Part shown: positions 1 through 8,634 of the stretch, piece by piece
Position numbering within the stretch: the first letter of the stretch is position 1
How the letters are laid out: each line of letters opens with the position of its first letter
IMG/VR virus record: IMGVR_UViG_3300038809_000010
Location: 1 to 43,635 of that record
Reading direction: 5' to 3' (one strand)
DNA from: a virus
Lineage: Duplodnaviria; Caudoviricetes
DNA length: 43,635 bases
Program-made: the position numbers and the translations under genes
The notes under the pieces: model-generated
What the model was told of the DNA's origin: nothing
Databases searched by the model: none
What the model saw: the letters and a program-made list of their open reading frames with translations, nothing else

Positions 1-136
1 GACTGGCGGTAAATCTGCGTCGCCGTTCCGGTATGAAGTAAATGTAATGGGTCGTTGGATTGCCAGCAACTACCAGTTTGCACGTTGGGTGGTAGATAGC
101 GGTCACTGGCTGTCCCGGAAGCAGGAGGGTGTATGA
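1..136 (+). CDS. Partial small phage protein (allele of 42778-42966)
   Basis: Reads TGGKSASPFRYEVNVMGRWIASNYQFARWVVDSGHWLSRKQEGV*; stop overlaps the ant ATG (ATGA). Confidence 0.6.
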   Translation, partial: TGGKSASPFRYEVNVMGRWIASNYQFARWVVDSGHWLSRKQEGV

Positions 137-810
137 ACCAGTTAACCAACTCCGTATCGCCAACGATGAGTAGCCGAGAGATAGCCGCTTTGGTTCAGAG
201 TAATCATTCGGATGTGAAACGCTCTGCGGAACGCCTCCATGCTGCTCACCTTTTAACCCAGCCGTTGGCTGAGTTCGAATTTCAGCACAATGGCAACACC
301 TACACCGAGTACCGTTTCAATAAGCGAGACTCTTTGGTTTTGGTTGCTCGTCTTTCCCCACAATTCACTGCCGCGGTGGTCGATCGCTGGCAGGAGCTGG
401 AAGAAGGGCGCACCCCGTTGGTACCTCAATCACTGCCCGAAGCATTACGCCTGGCTGCCGACATGGCAGAGCAGAAAGCGGTACTGGAGCAGAAGGTGCA
501 GGCCGATGCTCCGAAAGTGGCCTTTGTCGATCACTACGTTGACGCCAGCGGCGCCAAGAGCCTGCGTGAGACAGCCAAAATCCTGAACATGCCAGAGAAG
601 GCGATGATTGAAGCGCTTATCCGCGATCGGGTGTTGTTCCGCCAGTCCAATAACCTCCTTCCGCATTCGCAACGCCAGCGAGAGGGGCTGCTTACTGTGA
701 AAACAGGCACCTCTGACCATTCAGGCCATGCCTATACGCAAACACGCGTGACGCCGCGCGGCATCCAGTGGATCGCTGAGCGTTACGCCTCTGAGCTGAT
801 GGTGGGCTGA
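133..810 (+). CDS. ant: Phage antirepressor-like protein, Rha-type N-terminus + KilA-C/ANT C-terminus (allele A)
   Basis: TMSSREIA N-terminus, FTAAVVDRWQELE, PQSLPEALRLAAD linker, APKVAFVDHYV...QTRVTPRG; GGAGG SD. Confidence 0.85.
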   Translation: MNQLTNSVSPTMSSREIAALVQSNHSDVKRSAERLHAAHLLTQPLAEFEFQHNGNTYTEYRFNKRDSLVLVARLSPQFTAAVVDRWQELEEGRTPLVPQSLPEALRLAADMAEQKAVLEQKVQADAPKVAFVDHYVDASGAKSLRETAKILNMPEKAMIEALIRDRVLFRQSNNLLPHSQRQREGLLTVKTGTSDHSGHAYTQTRVTPRGIQWIAERYASELMVG

Positions 811-811
811 T

Positions 812-991
812 ATGGCGAACTTACTTATTCAGGCTGGCTGCCATTACCGCGATCGCAATCACTCAGTGGTGCTGGTGCACAGCACAGATCCGGAGCGCGA
901 GACCGTCACCTACAGCCCGGTAGGGCAAGAATGGGCGATCACCACGGCGATGATTATTTTCCGGTCACGATTTATCAGGTTTGAATTATGA
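812..991 (+). CDS. DUF4222-like small protein (59 aa, not in ORF track)
   Basis: MANLLIQAGCHYRDRNHSVVLVHSTD...VTY...FRSRFIRFEL*; stop overlaps initiator ATG; usual position upstream of the replication gene. Confidence 0.6.
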   Translation: MANLLIQAGCHYRDRNHSVVLVHSTDPERETVTYSPVGQEWAITTAMIIFRSRFIRFEL

Positions 992-2001
992 GTACAAAAC
1001 TAACCGCTTACGTGTGGGATGGCTGCGCAGCGGCAGGTATGAAGCTGTCCATGGTTGCCATCATGGCGCGTCTGGCTGACTTTTCCTCTGATGAGGGACT
1101 GTGCTGGCCGTCCGTTGGGACTATTGCCCGCCAGATCGGTGCTGGTGAAAGCACGGTGCGCACTGCACTGGCCAAGCTGGAAAAGGATGGCTGGATCACC
1201 CGCCAGCAGCGCAGGAAAGGCAACCGCAATGCTTCCAACATGTACCAGTTGAATGTGGCGCAGCTTCGTGCCGCTGCAAATTATCACCCTCCAGAATCTG
1301 ACACCTCAAAATCTGATGCGTCAAAAACTGATACCTCAAAATTCGACGGGTCAGAATCTGGCAAAAAAGGGGTTTTTGACCCGTCAGAATCTGGGGGGGA
1401 TCCGTCAGTAAATTCAAAACATGATCCGTCAGATAAAAACACTTTAGGTCAACCGCCGGCGGCGGCCGACCAGGGGGATGTTGTTTCTGAAGAAATTCAC
1501 ATCACTGACCAGGCCATTCTGGTGCTGAAACACCTGAACCAGCTGACGGGCGCCAAATACACCACGGCCAAATCCACCCTGCAGAATATCCGGGCTCGAC
1601 TGGTTGACGGACACACGCTGGAGGAACTCAAGCTGGTGGTGGAATATCTCGTTGATCGCTGGCTGGGCACCGAGTATTCCAAATACCTGAACCCTGAAAC
1701 AATTTTCCGGCCAGGTAAATTACCGGGCAACCTGCTGGCGGCTACTGCTTGGCATGACGGCGGGCGGAAGCCAGAACAGAGTAAATCGGCCCCAGCGCAC
1801 AGCGCAGAGCGTGATGCAGCCTATCGCCGGTTCATCGGCAGCAGCCTGCAACTTCAAAAATATGGCGATCTGGAGACATTGGTGAGAACCGAGGCCAGCA
1901 ACGCCGGCGTGCGCGGCATGCAGTCAAGTTATTCCGTGACTGCGTGGAACCGGATCTGGGCTGACTGTGCTCAGCGCCTGAGTGGGGGTAAAGCAGCATG
2001 A
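988..2001 (+). CDS. Phage replication initiator (N-terminal HTH, conserved phage C-terminal domain)
   Basis: LADFSSDEGLCWPSVGTIARQIG HTH; internal iterons; YLNPETIFRPGK C-terminal motif. Confidence 0.85.
   Translation: MSTKLTAYVWDGCAAAGMKLSMVAIMARLADFSSDEGLCWPSVGTIARQIGAGESTVRTALAKLEKDGWITRQQRRKGNRNASNMYQLNVAQLRAAANYHPPESDTSKSDASKTDTSKFDGSESGKKGVFDPSESGGDPSVNSKHDPSDKNTLGQPPAAADQGDVVSEEIHITDQAILVLKHLNQLTGAKYTTAKSTLQNIRARLVDGHTLEELKLVVEYLVDRWLGTEYSKYLNPETIFRPGKLPGNLLAATAWHDGGRKPEQSKSAPAHSAERDAAYRRFIGSSLQLQKYGDLETLVRTEASNAGVRGMQSSYSVTAWNRIWADCAQRLSGGKAA
1291..1440 (+). repeat. Replication origin iterons (15-bp period TCA[A/G]AATCTGA-like, then CCGTCAG repeats)
   Basis: cagaatctgacacct caaaatctgatgcgt caaaaactgatacct caaaattcgacgggt cagaatctgg inside the initiator gene, as with lambdoid ori. 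Confidence 0.75.
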
Positions 2002-2240
2002 AACCAGCAACACATCAAATTTTAGGCGTCACCGTATTCCCGCTGGTGGCCATGCTGCAACAGGTTCGCCGCTGGTGGTCATTGCGGTATTTACGCGGGT
2101 ATTGGGCTGATGATCAGGATCTGCGCCGTATCGCCCGGGAACGCAACTGGGTGTGCGTACTGACCCAATTCAACATCGAGGCGCGTTATCGCTTCATCAA
2201 GCTGCTGGCCACCGCTGAACAGCAAAGGGGGATCCTATGA
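1998..2240 (+). CDS. Hypothetical phage protein
   Basis: 80-aa ORF with ATGA overlaps on both sides. Confidence 0.65.
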   Translation: MKPATHQILGVTVFPLVAMLQQVRRWWSLRYLRGYWADDQDLRRIARERNWVCVLTQFNIEARYRFIKLLATAEQQRGIL

Positions 2241-3127
2241 AGGTGACGGGAAATAGCTATTTCTGCGGCGCTGGACTGATGGATATCGGTTTGATAGACG
2301 CAGGTATTCAAATTAATCAGGCGTTTGAGATGGACGCCGATGCCTGCAAAACCTACCGACATAATCTCGGCAACCACGTGAAGCAATGCGATCTGACTCA
2401 GGAACTGGTGCTCGAGCAAGATACTTGTCATGGGATGTTCTTCACTTACCCATGCACCAAGTATTCAACTATTGGTGACATACACGGCGCCCGCACCGGC
2501 GACGAACTTTACTTACATGCTTTGCGCCACATGTTTATAGCGAGGCCTGAATTTTTTGCTGCTGAAAACGTCCCTGGAATGCTGGCATTCCCGATCGTTA
2601 TGGAAGCAATGACAAAAATGCCTGATTACTACGTAACCGTATTTTGCCCGGTAAAATCAGAGTTGTGGCTGCCTCAGCGACGTAACCGGCTGATAATTAT
2701 TGGCACGCGTCGCCCATTTGCCATTCGCCCCCCTGAAAACACAAAGCCTGTCCCTCTATCGGCAATTCTGGAAGAGGATCCGGAGGTGACGTTACCAAAG
2801 GCAATCAAGGCTCGCATGAGTGGTGCATACCGTGACCTGCCGATTATAAGTGATCCGGCGAGAGGAGATATTGCGCCGACATGTGTGGCGCACTATGCGA
2901 AGGATAAAAGCACCAGGCTGGTGGTAGATAAACGTTACCCACATGGCGTGCGACCGTATTCGATCAGGGAATATGCCCGCTTGCAGGGTGTGCCTGATTG
3001 GTTTGCTTTCCCTGTTTCTGGCACCGCGGCGTACCGTCAAATCGGGAATGGTGTGAGTCGGCAGGTTGGTGAATGGGTTGGTCATGAAATGATCCGCTAT
3101 ATGAACACGACGAGGGCAGCAGCATGA
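2237..3127 (+). CDS. DNA (cytosine-5) methyltransferase
   Basis: Motif I YFCGAG, catalytic PC (YPCTKYS), ENV, PQRRNR, QIGNGV. Confidence 0.9.
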   Translation: MKVTGNSYFCGAGLMDIGLIDAGIQINQAFEMDADACKTYRHNLGNHVKQCDLTQELVLEQDTCHGMFFTYPCTKYSTIGDIHGARTGDELYLHALRHMFIARPEFFAAENVPGMLAFPIVMEAMTKMPDYYVTVFCPVKSELWLPQRRNRLIIIGTRRPFAIRPPENTKPVPLSAILEEDPEVTLPKAIKARMSGAYRDLPIISDPARGDIAPTCVAHYAKDKSTRLVVDKRYPHGVRPYSIREYARLQGVPDWFAFPVSGTAAYRQIGNGVSRQVGEWVGHEMIRYMNTTRAAA

Positions 3128-4254
3128 TTTATCAGTTGAATGTTGGTCGCTGCGAAGATGTGCTGTCAGGTATGGCTGATAACTCTGTTGATTCCATTGT
3201 CACTGATCCGCCGTATGGGCTGAGCTTCATGGGGCATAAATGGGATTACCAGGTACCGACTGTTGACCAGTGGGCTGAGTGCCTGCGTGTTCTGAAGCCT
3301 GGCGGCCATCTGCTGGCATTTGGTGGGGCGCGTACTTATCACCGCCTGGTGGTGAACATCGAGGATGCCGGCTTTGAGATCCGCGATCAGCTGATGTGGA
3401 TTTATGGCAGCGGTTTCCCGAAGTCGAAAAACCTTACCGGTGATAACCAGGGGAAGGGGACCGCCTTAAAACCCGCGCATGAGCCGATCGTAATGGCCCG
3501 TAAGCCACTGGTTGGCACGGTAGAGGGCAATGTTCTCCAGTTTGGCACTGGCGCGTTAAATATCGATCTTTGCCGGGTACCGACAGAGGAAGCTTTAACT
3601 GGTGGTGCTGGTGGCCTGCTATCACATGTGCGTGACGAGAAAGCCCCTGAGAGCGGGGAGTGGAAAGCGGATCAGCTCGGTCGGTGGCCTGCAAACGTCC
3701 TGCACGATGGAAGTGAAGAGGTGATAACCGAGTTTCCACAAAATGCCGGCGCCCGAGCGCCAGTAAAGGGAACAGAGCCAACAGCCAATGGTTTCAGCGG
3801 CCCTGTTAAGTTTGGCGGCATGATCGAGCGGGTTGCTGGCTGTTTCCATGGTGATCAAGGTAGCGCCGCCCGATTCTTCTATTGTGCAAAGGTCAGTAAA
3901 TCTGAGCGTGACGAAGGGATGGAGCGCTTTGTGCCGTATACGGTCAGTGATATGACCGGCGGGAGAAAAGAGGGAAGTGCAGGCCTTAATGACCCACGCG
4001 CTGGGGCTGGCCGTACAGGTGGAGCCAGGAATAACCACCCGACAGTGAAACCTGTTGAGTTGATGCGCTACCTTTGCCGGCTGGTTACACCTGCTGGTGG
4101 CGTAGTCCTTGATCCATTCATGGGTTCAGGCTCCACCGGTAAAGCCGCTTTGCTTGAAGGGTTGGGTTTTATCGGTATTGAGCTGGATCCTGATCACCTG
4201 ACAACTGCCGCGGCGCGGATTGCGCATTCCGCTAAGGCGGTTAGTGAATTATGA
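3124..4254 (+). CDS. DNA N6-adenine/N4-cytosine methyltransferase, beta class
   Basis: VTDPPY near N-terminus, HPTVKP, LDPFMGSGSTG near C-terminus. Confidence 0.9.
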   Translation: MIYQLNVGRCEDVLSGMADNSVDSIVTDPPYGLSFMGHKWDYQVPTVDQWAECLRVLKPGGHLLAFGGARTYHRLVVNIEDAGFEIRDQLMWIYGSGFPKSKNLTGDNQGKGTALKPAHEPIVMARKPLVGTVEGNVLQFGTGALNIDLCRVPTEEALTGGAGGLLSHVRDEKAPESGEWKADQLGRWPANVLHDGSEEVITEFPQNAGARAPVKGTEPTANGFSGPVKFGGMIERVAGCFHGDQGSAARFFYCAKVSKSERDEGMERFVPYTVSDMTGGRKEGSAGLNDPRAGAGRTGGARNNHPTVKPVELMRYLCRLVTPAGGVVLDPFMGSGSTGKAALLEGLGFIGIELDPDHLTTAAARIAHSAKAVSEL

Positions 4255-5288
4255 GGATGTTACTTACTTCTTACCTGCAGCGTGAGCTGGGTGTGGTACT
4301 GCTACGCCCAGGTAGCGACTTGCTGCATTATTTCAGCGGGCGCAGCCGTCTGCTGATCGCCAGTGAGCCGGAAGAGTTAAAACCGCTGCCTTCCGGCCTG
4401 CTGCCTGCAGTAGATCAGAGCCTGGCGGCGGATCCGCGGTTGTCCTCTTTCTTCCAGAATGAACGGGTCATAGATGCAGCTGGTGGTGTTGCAGGCCTGA
4501 AAGAGTGGTTGATGCGCAGCACAGAATGTCAGTGGACCACTGGCGACGATTACCACCACCATAATATGGACATCCTGGACTATGACGGCTGCCCGGTACG
4601 CCTGTGCTGGCACCATGAGCACCGCCTGCGGGAACAAACGTTGCCGGAGCTGGATGCCATCGCCGCACAGAACGTGGCGGAGTGGGTAGTTTACCGCGCC
4701 CGCTCGCATTTCATGTTTGGTGAAGACCACCAGTTGAGTCTACCGGAATTGTGCTGGTGGGCTGTATTGAAGCAGGTGTCCGATCTGTTGCCTGATGCGG
4801 TAGCCCGCTTTTCCCTGCGCCTTCCACCAGCCACTATCCCAACGGGAACGCGCAAAGAGGCCGATATCGTGTGGGAGAAAGCCCCACAGGCGATCATTAA
4901 CGAATACGTGGAGAAGGTGAAACCGGCGCTGACCGTTGATGTCGACCCCGAGCCACCAGCAGGTTTTATGCTACTGCCCAAGCTTACCCGCTGGGAATGC
5001 GAGAAATACACCCAGTGGGTGAAGTCACAGCCATGCTGCTGTGGCTGCAAACGCCCGGCAGACGACCCGCACCACATTATCGATCACGGGCTCGGCGGTA
5101 CCGGCACCAAACCACATGACATTTTCACCATCCCCCTGACCCGTGAATGCCATGACGAGCTGCATGATGATGTGGCCGCATGGGAGGCCAAGCACGGCAG
5201 CCAGTTATTTCACCTGGTGCGCACGTTGAACAAGGCATTTGGTATTGGGGCGATCAGCACGGCAAACAAGCGCGGGGCAAAACGATGA
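4251..5288 (+). CDS. DUF968/YdfU-like protein
   Basis: LSLPELCWWA, YTQWVKSQPCCCG...ADDPHH...IPLTRECHDELH; lies just upstream of Q. Confidence 0.85.
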   Translation: MRMLLTSYLQRELGVVLLRPGSDLLHYFSGRSRLLIASEPEELKPLPSGLLPAVDQSLAADPRLSSFFQNERVIDAAGGVAGLKEWLMRSTECQWTTGDDYHHHNMDILDYDGCPVRLCWHHEHRLREQTLPELDAIAAQNVAEWVVYRARSHFMFGEDHQLSLPELCWWAVLKQVSDLLPDAVARFSLRLPPATIPTGTRKEADIVWEKAPQAIINEYVEKVKPALTVDVDPEPPAGFMLLPKLTRWECEKYTQWVKSQPCCCGCKRPADDPHHIIDHGLGGTGTKPHDIFTIPLTRECHDELHDDVAAWEAKHGSQLFHLVRTLNKAFGIGAISTANKRGAKR

Positions 5289-6106
5289 ATCTCGAATCAG
5301 CACTGAAACACTTCAGCCCTAAAAGTCTGAATATTTCCGACTCGTCCAGAGCCACGGCGAGCGAAGCATTAACGGGTACTGACATCATGGCAGCACTCGG
5401 CATGGTAGAAGCCAAGGCAGTATTTGGCATGGCACTTTGTCTCGGCAAGTATGGTGTCAGTGAAGAGGATCGCCAGCGGTCGGTTGATATGCTGACTCAA
5501 TTTGCCAGCAAGAAAGCGCCAAGGGCGATAAAGCGAGCCGCCGGGGCTAAGTTTGGTCGTTGCCTGCGTATCATGGCCGCAATGGCTTACGGTGAGTTTT
5601 GTCGTTCGGCATTGTCAGCTGAGTCGTGTTCGTGCTGCCAGGGTAGAGGGTTGGTGCGTAAAACCCAGATTAACCGCAACGAGCTGGCAATCGAGTGGGA
5701 AGAGAACAAATTCAGCATCAAGAATGGGTTGTGGATGATAAAAGACCAATGCCAGCCGCCAGCAAAGACAGTGTGGGAAGACGTTATGATGGTGGCCTGC
5801 CCAGTATGTAATGGTAAAGGCAATATCAGCGCACGTTGCCGTTGCCAGGGTACTGGCACCGTGCTGGATAAGAAGAATAGCGAACTGCAAGGCGTGCCAG
5901 TAATGAAGGAGTGCCCGAAATGCAAGGGGAGAGGCTTCAAACGGGTTCAGCCGTCAGTGATCCACCACGCGGTTAAAAAGCTAATCCCTGAGCTCCCAGA
6001 GCGCACATGGCGGTATAGCTGGAAACCCTTCTATGAGTCGTTGCTGACAAAATGCTATCAGGAAGAGAGTGAGTTAGAGCGTATTTTCAGTAAGGTCACT
6101 CGGTGA
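5285..6106 (+). CDS. Q: Late antitermination protein Q
   Basis: MNLESALKHFSPKS start, several CxxCxGxG motifs, WKPFYE; precedes pR' and lysis genes. Confidence 0.85.
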   Translation: MNLESALKHFSPKSLNISDSSRATASEALTGTDIMAALGMVEAKAVFGMALCLGKYGVSEEDRQRSVDMLTQFASKKAPRAIKRAAGAKFGRCLRIMAAMAYGEFCRSALSAESCSCCQGRGLVRKTQINRNELAIEWEENKFSIKNGLWMIKDQCQPPAKTVWEDVMMVACPVCNGKGNISARCRCQGTGTVLDKKNSELQGVPVMKECPKCKGRGFKRVQPSVIHHAVKKLIPELPERTWRYSWKPFYESLLTKCYQEESELERIFSKVTR

Positions 6107-6120
6107 CGGAAAACGTGTAC

Positions 6121-6149
6121 TTGCAATAGTTGCCGTTTTTTCCTAATAT
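6121..6149 (+). promoter_or_regulatory. Late promoter pR'
   Basis: TTGCAA-N17-TAATAT just after Q. Confidence 0.65.
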
Positions 6150-6184
6150 CAGCTCTAACGATGGGGTATATACGCCCGTTACAG

Positions 6185-6213
6185 AAAACCTGCCGATGTG
6201 CAGGTTTTTTTTT
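6185..6213 (+). terminator. tR'-like intrinsic terminator
   Basis: aaaacctgc-cgatgt-gcaggtttttttt. Confidence 0.8.
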
Positions 6214-6329
6214 GGACGCAGCAGAAGGGCGCATTTAGTTTTGATACGCACTATCGAACCCTTTGGTGGGGAGTTTCTAAGTGCGTCCCTCGATGTGAAG
6301 TGACAGCCGGGAAAGACCGGCAACCATTC

Positions 6330-6358
6330 AAGCCCTGGCTATAAACGCCGGGGCTTTT
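6330..6358 (+). terminator. Second late-leader hairpin/terminator
   Basis: aagccctggc-tataaac-gccggggctttt. Confidence 0.55.
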
Positions 6359-6483
6359 GCATTTCAGCCCCAGCCAACATCCGACACACACCTGGCACAC
6401 CCCGTATCGCCGAATCGTTTACGGCTGGTGGCTGAACCCTATCCATAACCCGGTACCGGGAAAGATCCCCGGAAGGGGGAGGT

Positions 6484-6747
6484 ATGAGAACCATGCCGGA
6501 AAAAATTGCAGATAACGCCACACATGGCGGCTGGCTGGTGGGCCTGCTGCTCGGGGCTATTAATTATTTCTCCCCCAGTGAGTGGATGGTGATCGGCATC
6601 ATTGTCGGCATTCTCTCCTCCGTTGTCGGGTGTGTCGTCGGTATTTGGTTTAGATGCCGGCGAGAAAAACTACTAAAAATGTACCTGATTGACCGCTCCA
6701 CCAAGAACATCAGCGCTCAGGATGTAGACCTGATAGGGGGCGAGTAG
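6484..6747 (+). CDS. Holin (phage 21-like pinholin, dual start Met1-Arg-Thr-Met4)
   Basis: Two hydrophobic segments, basic C-terminus, GGAGG SD, directly before endolysin. Confidence 0.8.
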   Translation: MRTMPEKIADNATHGGWLVGLLLGAINYFSPSEWMVIGIIVGILSSVVGCVVGIWFRCRREKLLKMYLIDRSTKNISAQDVDLIGGE

Positions 6748-7277
6748 TGGCTTCGGTAAAAACAAAACTCAGTGCTGCGATGTTGGCGTTGCTCGCTGCC
6801 GGCGCATCGGCCCCGGTAATGATGGCGCAGTTTCAGGACGAGAAGGAAGGGCAGCGGCTAACGGCGTATCAGGATGAGGGCGGGATCTGGACAGTCTGCG
6901 GTGGTGTGACAATGGTCAACGGCCAAAAGGTCGTGAAGGGCCAGCGCCTGACTGCTGAGCAGTGCAAGCGTATTGACGCAGCCGAACAGAAGAAGGCACT
7001 CGATTGGGTGGATCGCAACGTCAAAGTGACGCTGACCGAGCCGCAGAAGGTCGGGATCGCCTCGTTCTGCCCCTGGAACATCGGCCCCAGCAAATGCTTC
7101 ACTTCGACGTTCTACAAAAAACTGAATGCCGGTGATCGCCATGGTGCATGCCGAGAGATCCGCCGCTGGATATTTGACGGTGGACGGGATTGCCGCATTC
7201 GTTCCAATAACTGTTTCGGCCAGGTGGCACGACGTGACCAAGAGGCAGAGCTCGCTTGCTGGGGGCTGGATAAATGA
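6747..7277 (+). CDS. SAR endolysin, GH24 lysozyme
   Basis: Ala-rich N-terminal SAR segment; E-x8-D-x5-T triad (EGQRLTAYQDEGGIWT). Confidence 0.9.
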   Translation: MASVKTKLSAAMLALLAAGASAPVMMAQFQDEKEGQRLTAYQDEGGIWTVCGGVTMVNGQKVVKGQRLTAEQCKRIDAAEQKKALDWVDRNVKVTLTEPQKVGIASFCPWNIGPSKCFTSTFYKKLNAGDRHGACREIRRWIFDGGRDCRIRSNNCFGQVARRDQEAELACWGLDK

Positions 7278-7381
7278 GATATCTACCGTCAGCTGTATGT
7301 TTCGCCGCTGCTGCTTACCTTGCAGCCAGAGACGTTGAAGGTTGGGGCTGGTTCATATTTGTCGGAGTGATTCTGCTATGA
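7274..7381 (+). CDS. 35-aa hydrophobic peptide between endolysin and Rz
   Basis: MRYLPSAVCFAAAAYLAARDVEGWGWFIFVGVILL*; ATGA overlaps at both ends. Confidence 0.65.
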   Translation: MRYLPSAVCFAAAAYLAARDVEGWGWFIFVGVILL

Positions 7382-7899
7382 ACCGAGCGACGGCAATAAT
7401 TGCTGGTGTTCTGCTGGTGGTCGTAATGGGCACATGCTGGATAGCCAGCTATTACCAGGGAAAGTCGGAGAGGCTGGAAAGCACGGTCGAACAGCTCCAA
7501 AGCGATAACACCCTGCAGGCGACCACCATTGCTACCCAGGCGTTTCAGTTCCAGCGCGCCAATGCGATCAGCTCCGCAGCGAGCCAATACGGCATTAAAA
7601 CCGACGCGGCCACCCAGGGGAAAGAAATTGAATATCGGACGATCCTCAAGAATCAGCCAACGTGCGATTTGGCTGTGCCTGCCGCTATTACTGGTGGGCT
7701 GCTCGACTACACGCACCGTCTACGTTCCCGCGCAATGTCAGCCGATACCATCGTCGCTGACGCAACCGGTGCTGATCCCGCTCCCACCGGCACGCTGACA
7801 TACTGCCAGGCTGTGTTGTGGATTGACCCACTGCTTGCGGCGCTTGATAAGGCGAATAACCAACTGCTGGCGATACGCCAGCTCGACGAAGAGAGATAG
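7378..7899 (+). CDS. Rz: i-spanin
   Basis: N-terminal TM then coiled coil; ATG at 7378 preferred to the ORF-track start. Confidence 0.8.
   Translation: MNRATAIIAGVLLVVVMGTCWIASYYQGKSERLESTVEQLQSDNTLQATTIATQAFQFQRANAISSAASQYGIKTDAATQGKEIEYRTILKNQPTCDLAVPAAITGGLLDYTHRLRSRAMSADTIVADATGADPAPTGTLTYCQAVLWIDPLLAALDKANNQLLAIRQLDEER
7628..7798 (+). CDS. Rz1: o-spanin lipoprotein embedded in Rz (+1 frame)
   Basis: Lipobox LLLVGC then Pro-rich mature part; TTG start at 7628 inferred from upstream AGGGG. Confidence 0.7.
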   Translation: MNIGRSSRISQRAIWLCLPLLLVGCSTTRTVYVPAQCQPIPSSLTQPVLIPLPPAR

Positions 7900-7901
7900 C
7901 G

Positions 7902-8099
7902 ATGAGCAAGATTGTACTGACCCAAGAGCAGATTAAAGAACTGGCGCGTTTCTCAGAAGAAGATGGCCAGCCGTCCTACACCATTACCACTGGCACCATT
8001 CCAGCATTTGAGGCTGACGACGGCGAACTGATGGCGGAGTACAACGGCCTGATCGCCTACTCGGATTCAGAAGAGCACGGCGTATTGCAACTGGCCTGA
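7902..8099 (+). CDS. Hypothetical acidic protein
   Basis: 65-aa ORF right after Rz. Confidence 0.6.
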   Translation: MSKIVLTQEQIKELARFSEEDGQPSYTITTGTIPAFEADDGELMAEYNGLIAYSDSEEHGVLQLA

Positions 8100-8259
8100 C
8101 GGCATTACAGGTGGTCTTTGCGAGGGCCATCGATAATGCACAATAACCAAAGCCATCACCCTGCAGCCACAGTGAATTGGTAGCCGGAAGGATTTGCTTT
8201 CACCATATATGTCGCATGGTTATAATGCATAGGCCATTTGGCAACATAAAAGGTGCGAC

Positions 8260-8580
8260 ATGAAAAACGGTATCTATTTCGTTACATTCAAAAGCAATAA
8301 CAATGATGTTGGTCAAGGGACTGTTGTTGTTAAAGACAACGCCGTTAACGGTGGCGATTTTGGTTTCACCTACCAAGGTCATATCCAAGGAAATAAATTG
8401 GATTTGCATGTATCGCAGCACAACCCTCAGGCAATTAACGTTATCCAAGGTGTAAATAATTACACCATGGAAATGGTTATTGGTGAGGAGGCTGGTGGCT
8501 ATGTGTTGTCAGGTGCTGTCAGAGGAATTCCTCAAGCACAACTCAAGGTTATTGCTAAGTTTATTGGCGACTTAGTTTAA
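8260..8580 (+). CDS. GrlR-family beta-barrel protein (moron)
   Basis: MKNGIYFVTF...G.GTVVVKDNAVNGGDFGFTYQG resembles GrlR family; AT-rich; TATAAT at 8221-8226; own terminator. Confidence 0.65.
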   Translation: MKNGIYFVTFKSNNNDVGQGTVVVKDNAVNGGDFGFTYQGHIQGNKLDLHVSQHNPQAINVIQGVNNYTMEMVIGEEAGGYVLSGAVRGIPQAQLKVIAKFIGDLV

Positions 8581-8598
8581 TTTCGGTTGGCCTTACAT

Positions 8599-8621
8599 AA
8601 CCCGCTTCGGCGGGTTTTTTT
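8599..8621 (+). terminator. Intrinsic terminator after moron
   Basis: aacccgc-ttcg-gcgggttttttt. Confidence 0.85.
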
Positions 8622-8634
8622 ATGGGAGTTGAGG

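Larger units (their letters stand above)
1..811 (+). repeat. Imperfect direct repeat of 42831-43635 (small ORF + antirepressor, allele A)
   Basis: First 54 bp identical to 42831-42884; 757-811 identical to 43581-43635; interior divergent, mostly in the 5' half. Confidence 0.95.

Noticed and set aside
133-810. Diversity-generating retroelement TR/VR pair for the two ant copies
   Set aside because: No reverse transcriptase; differences involve all bases, include indels and many synonymous changes, not adenine-specific
5180-5284. ORF-track N-terminal extensions (Q, Rz, protease, tailspike, xis, cI, HD protein)
   Set aside because: They overlap upstream genes or regulatory DNA; downstream starts have SD or coupling support
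2237-5288. Restriction-modification system (MTases + DUF968)
   Set aside because: DUF968 is a standard gene upstream of Q in such phages; no dedicated restriction endonuclease is recognisable
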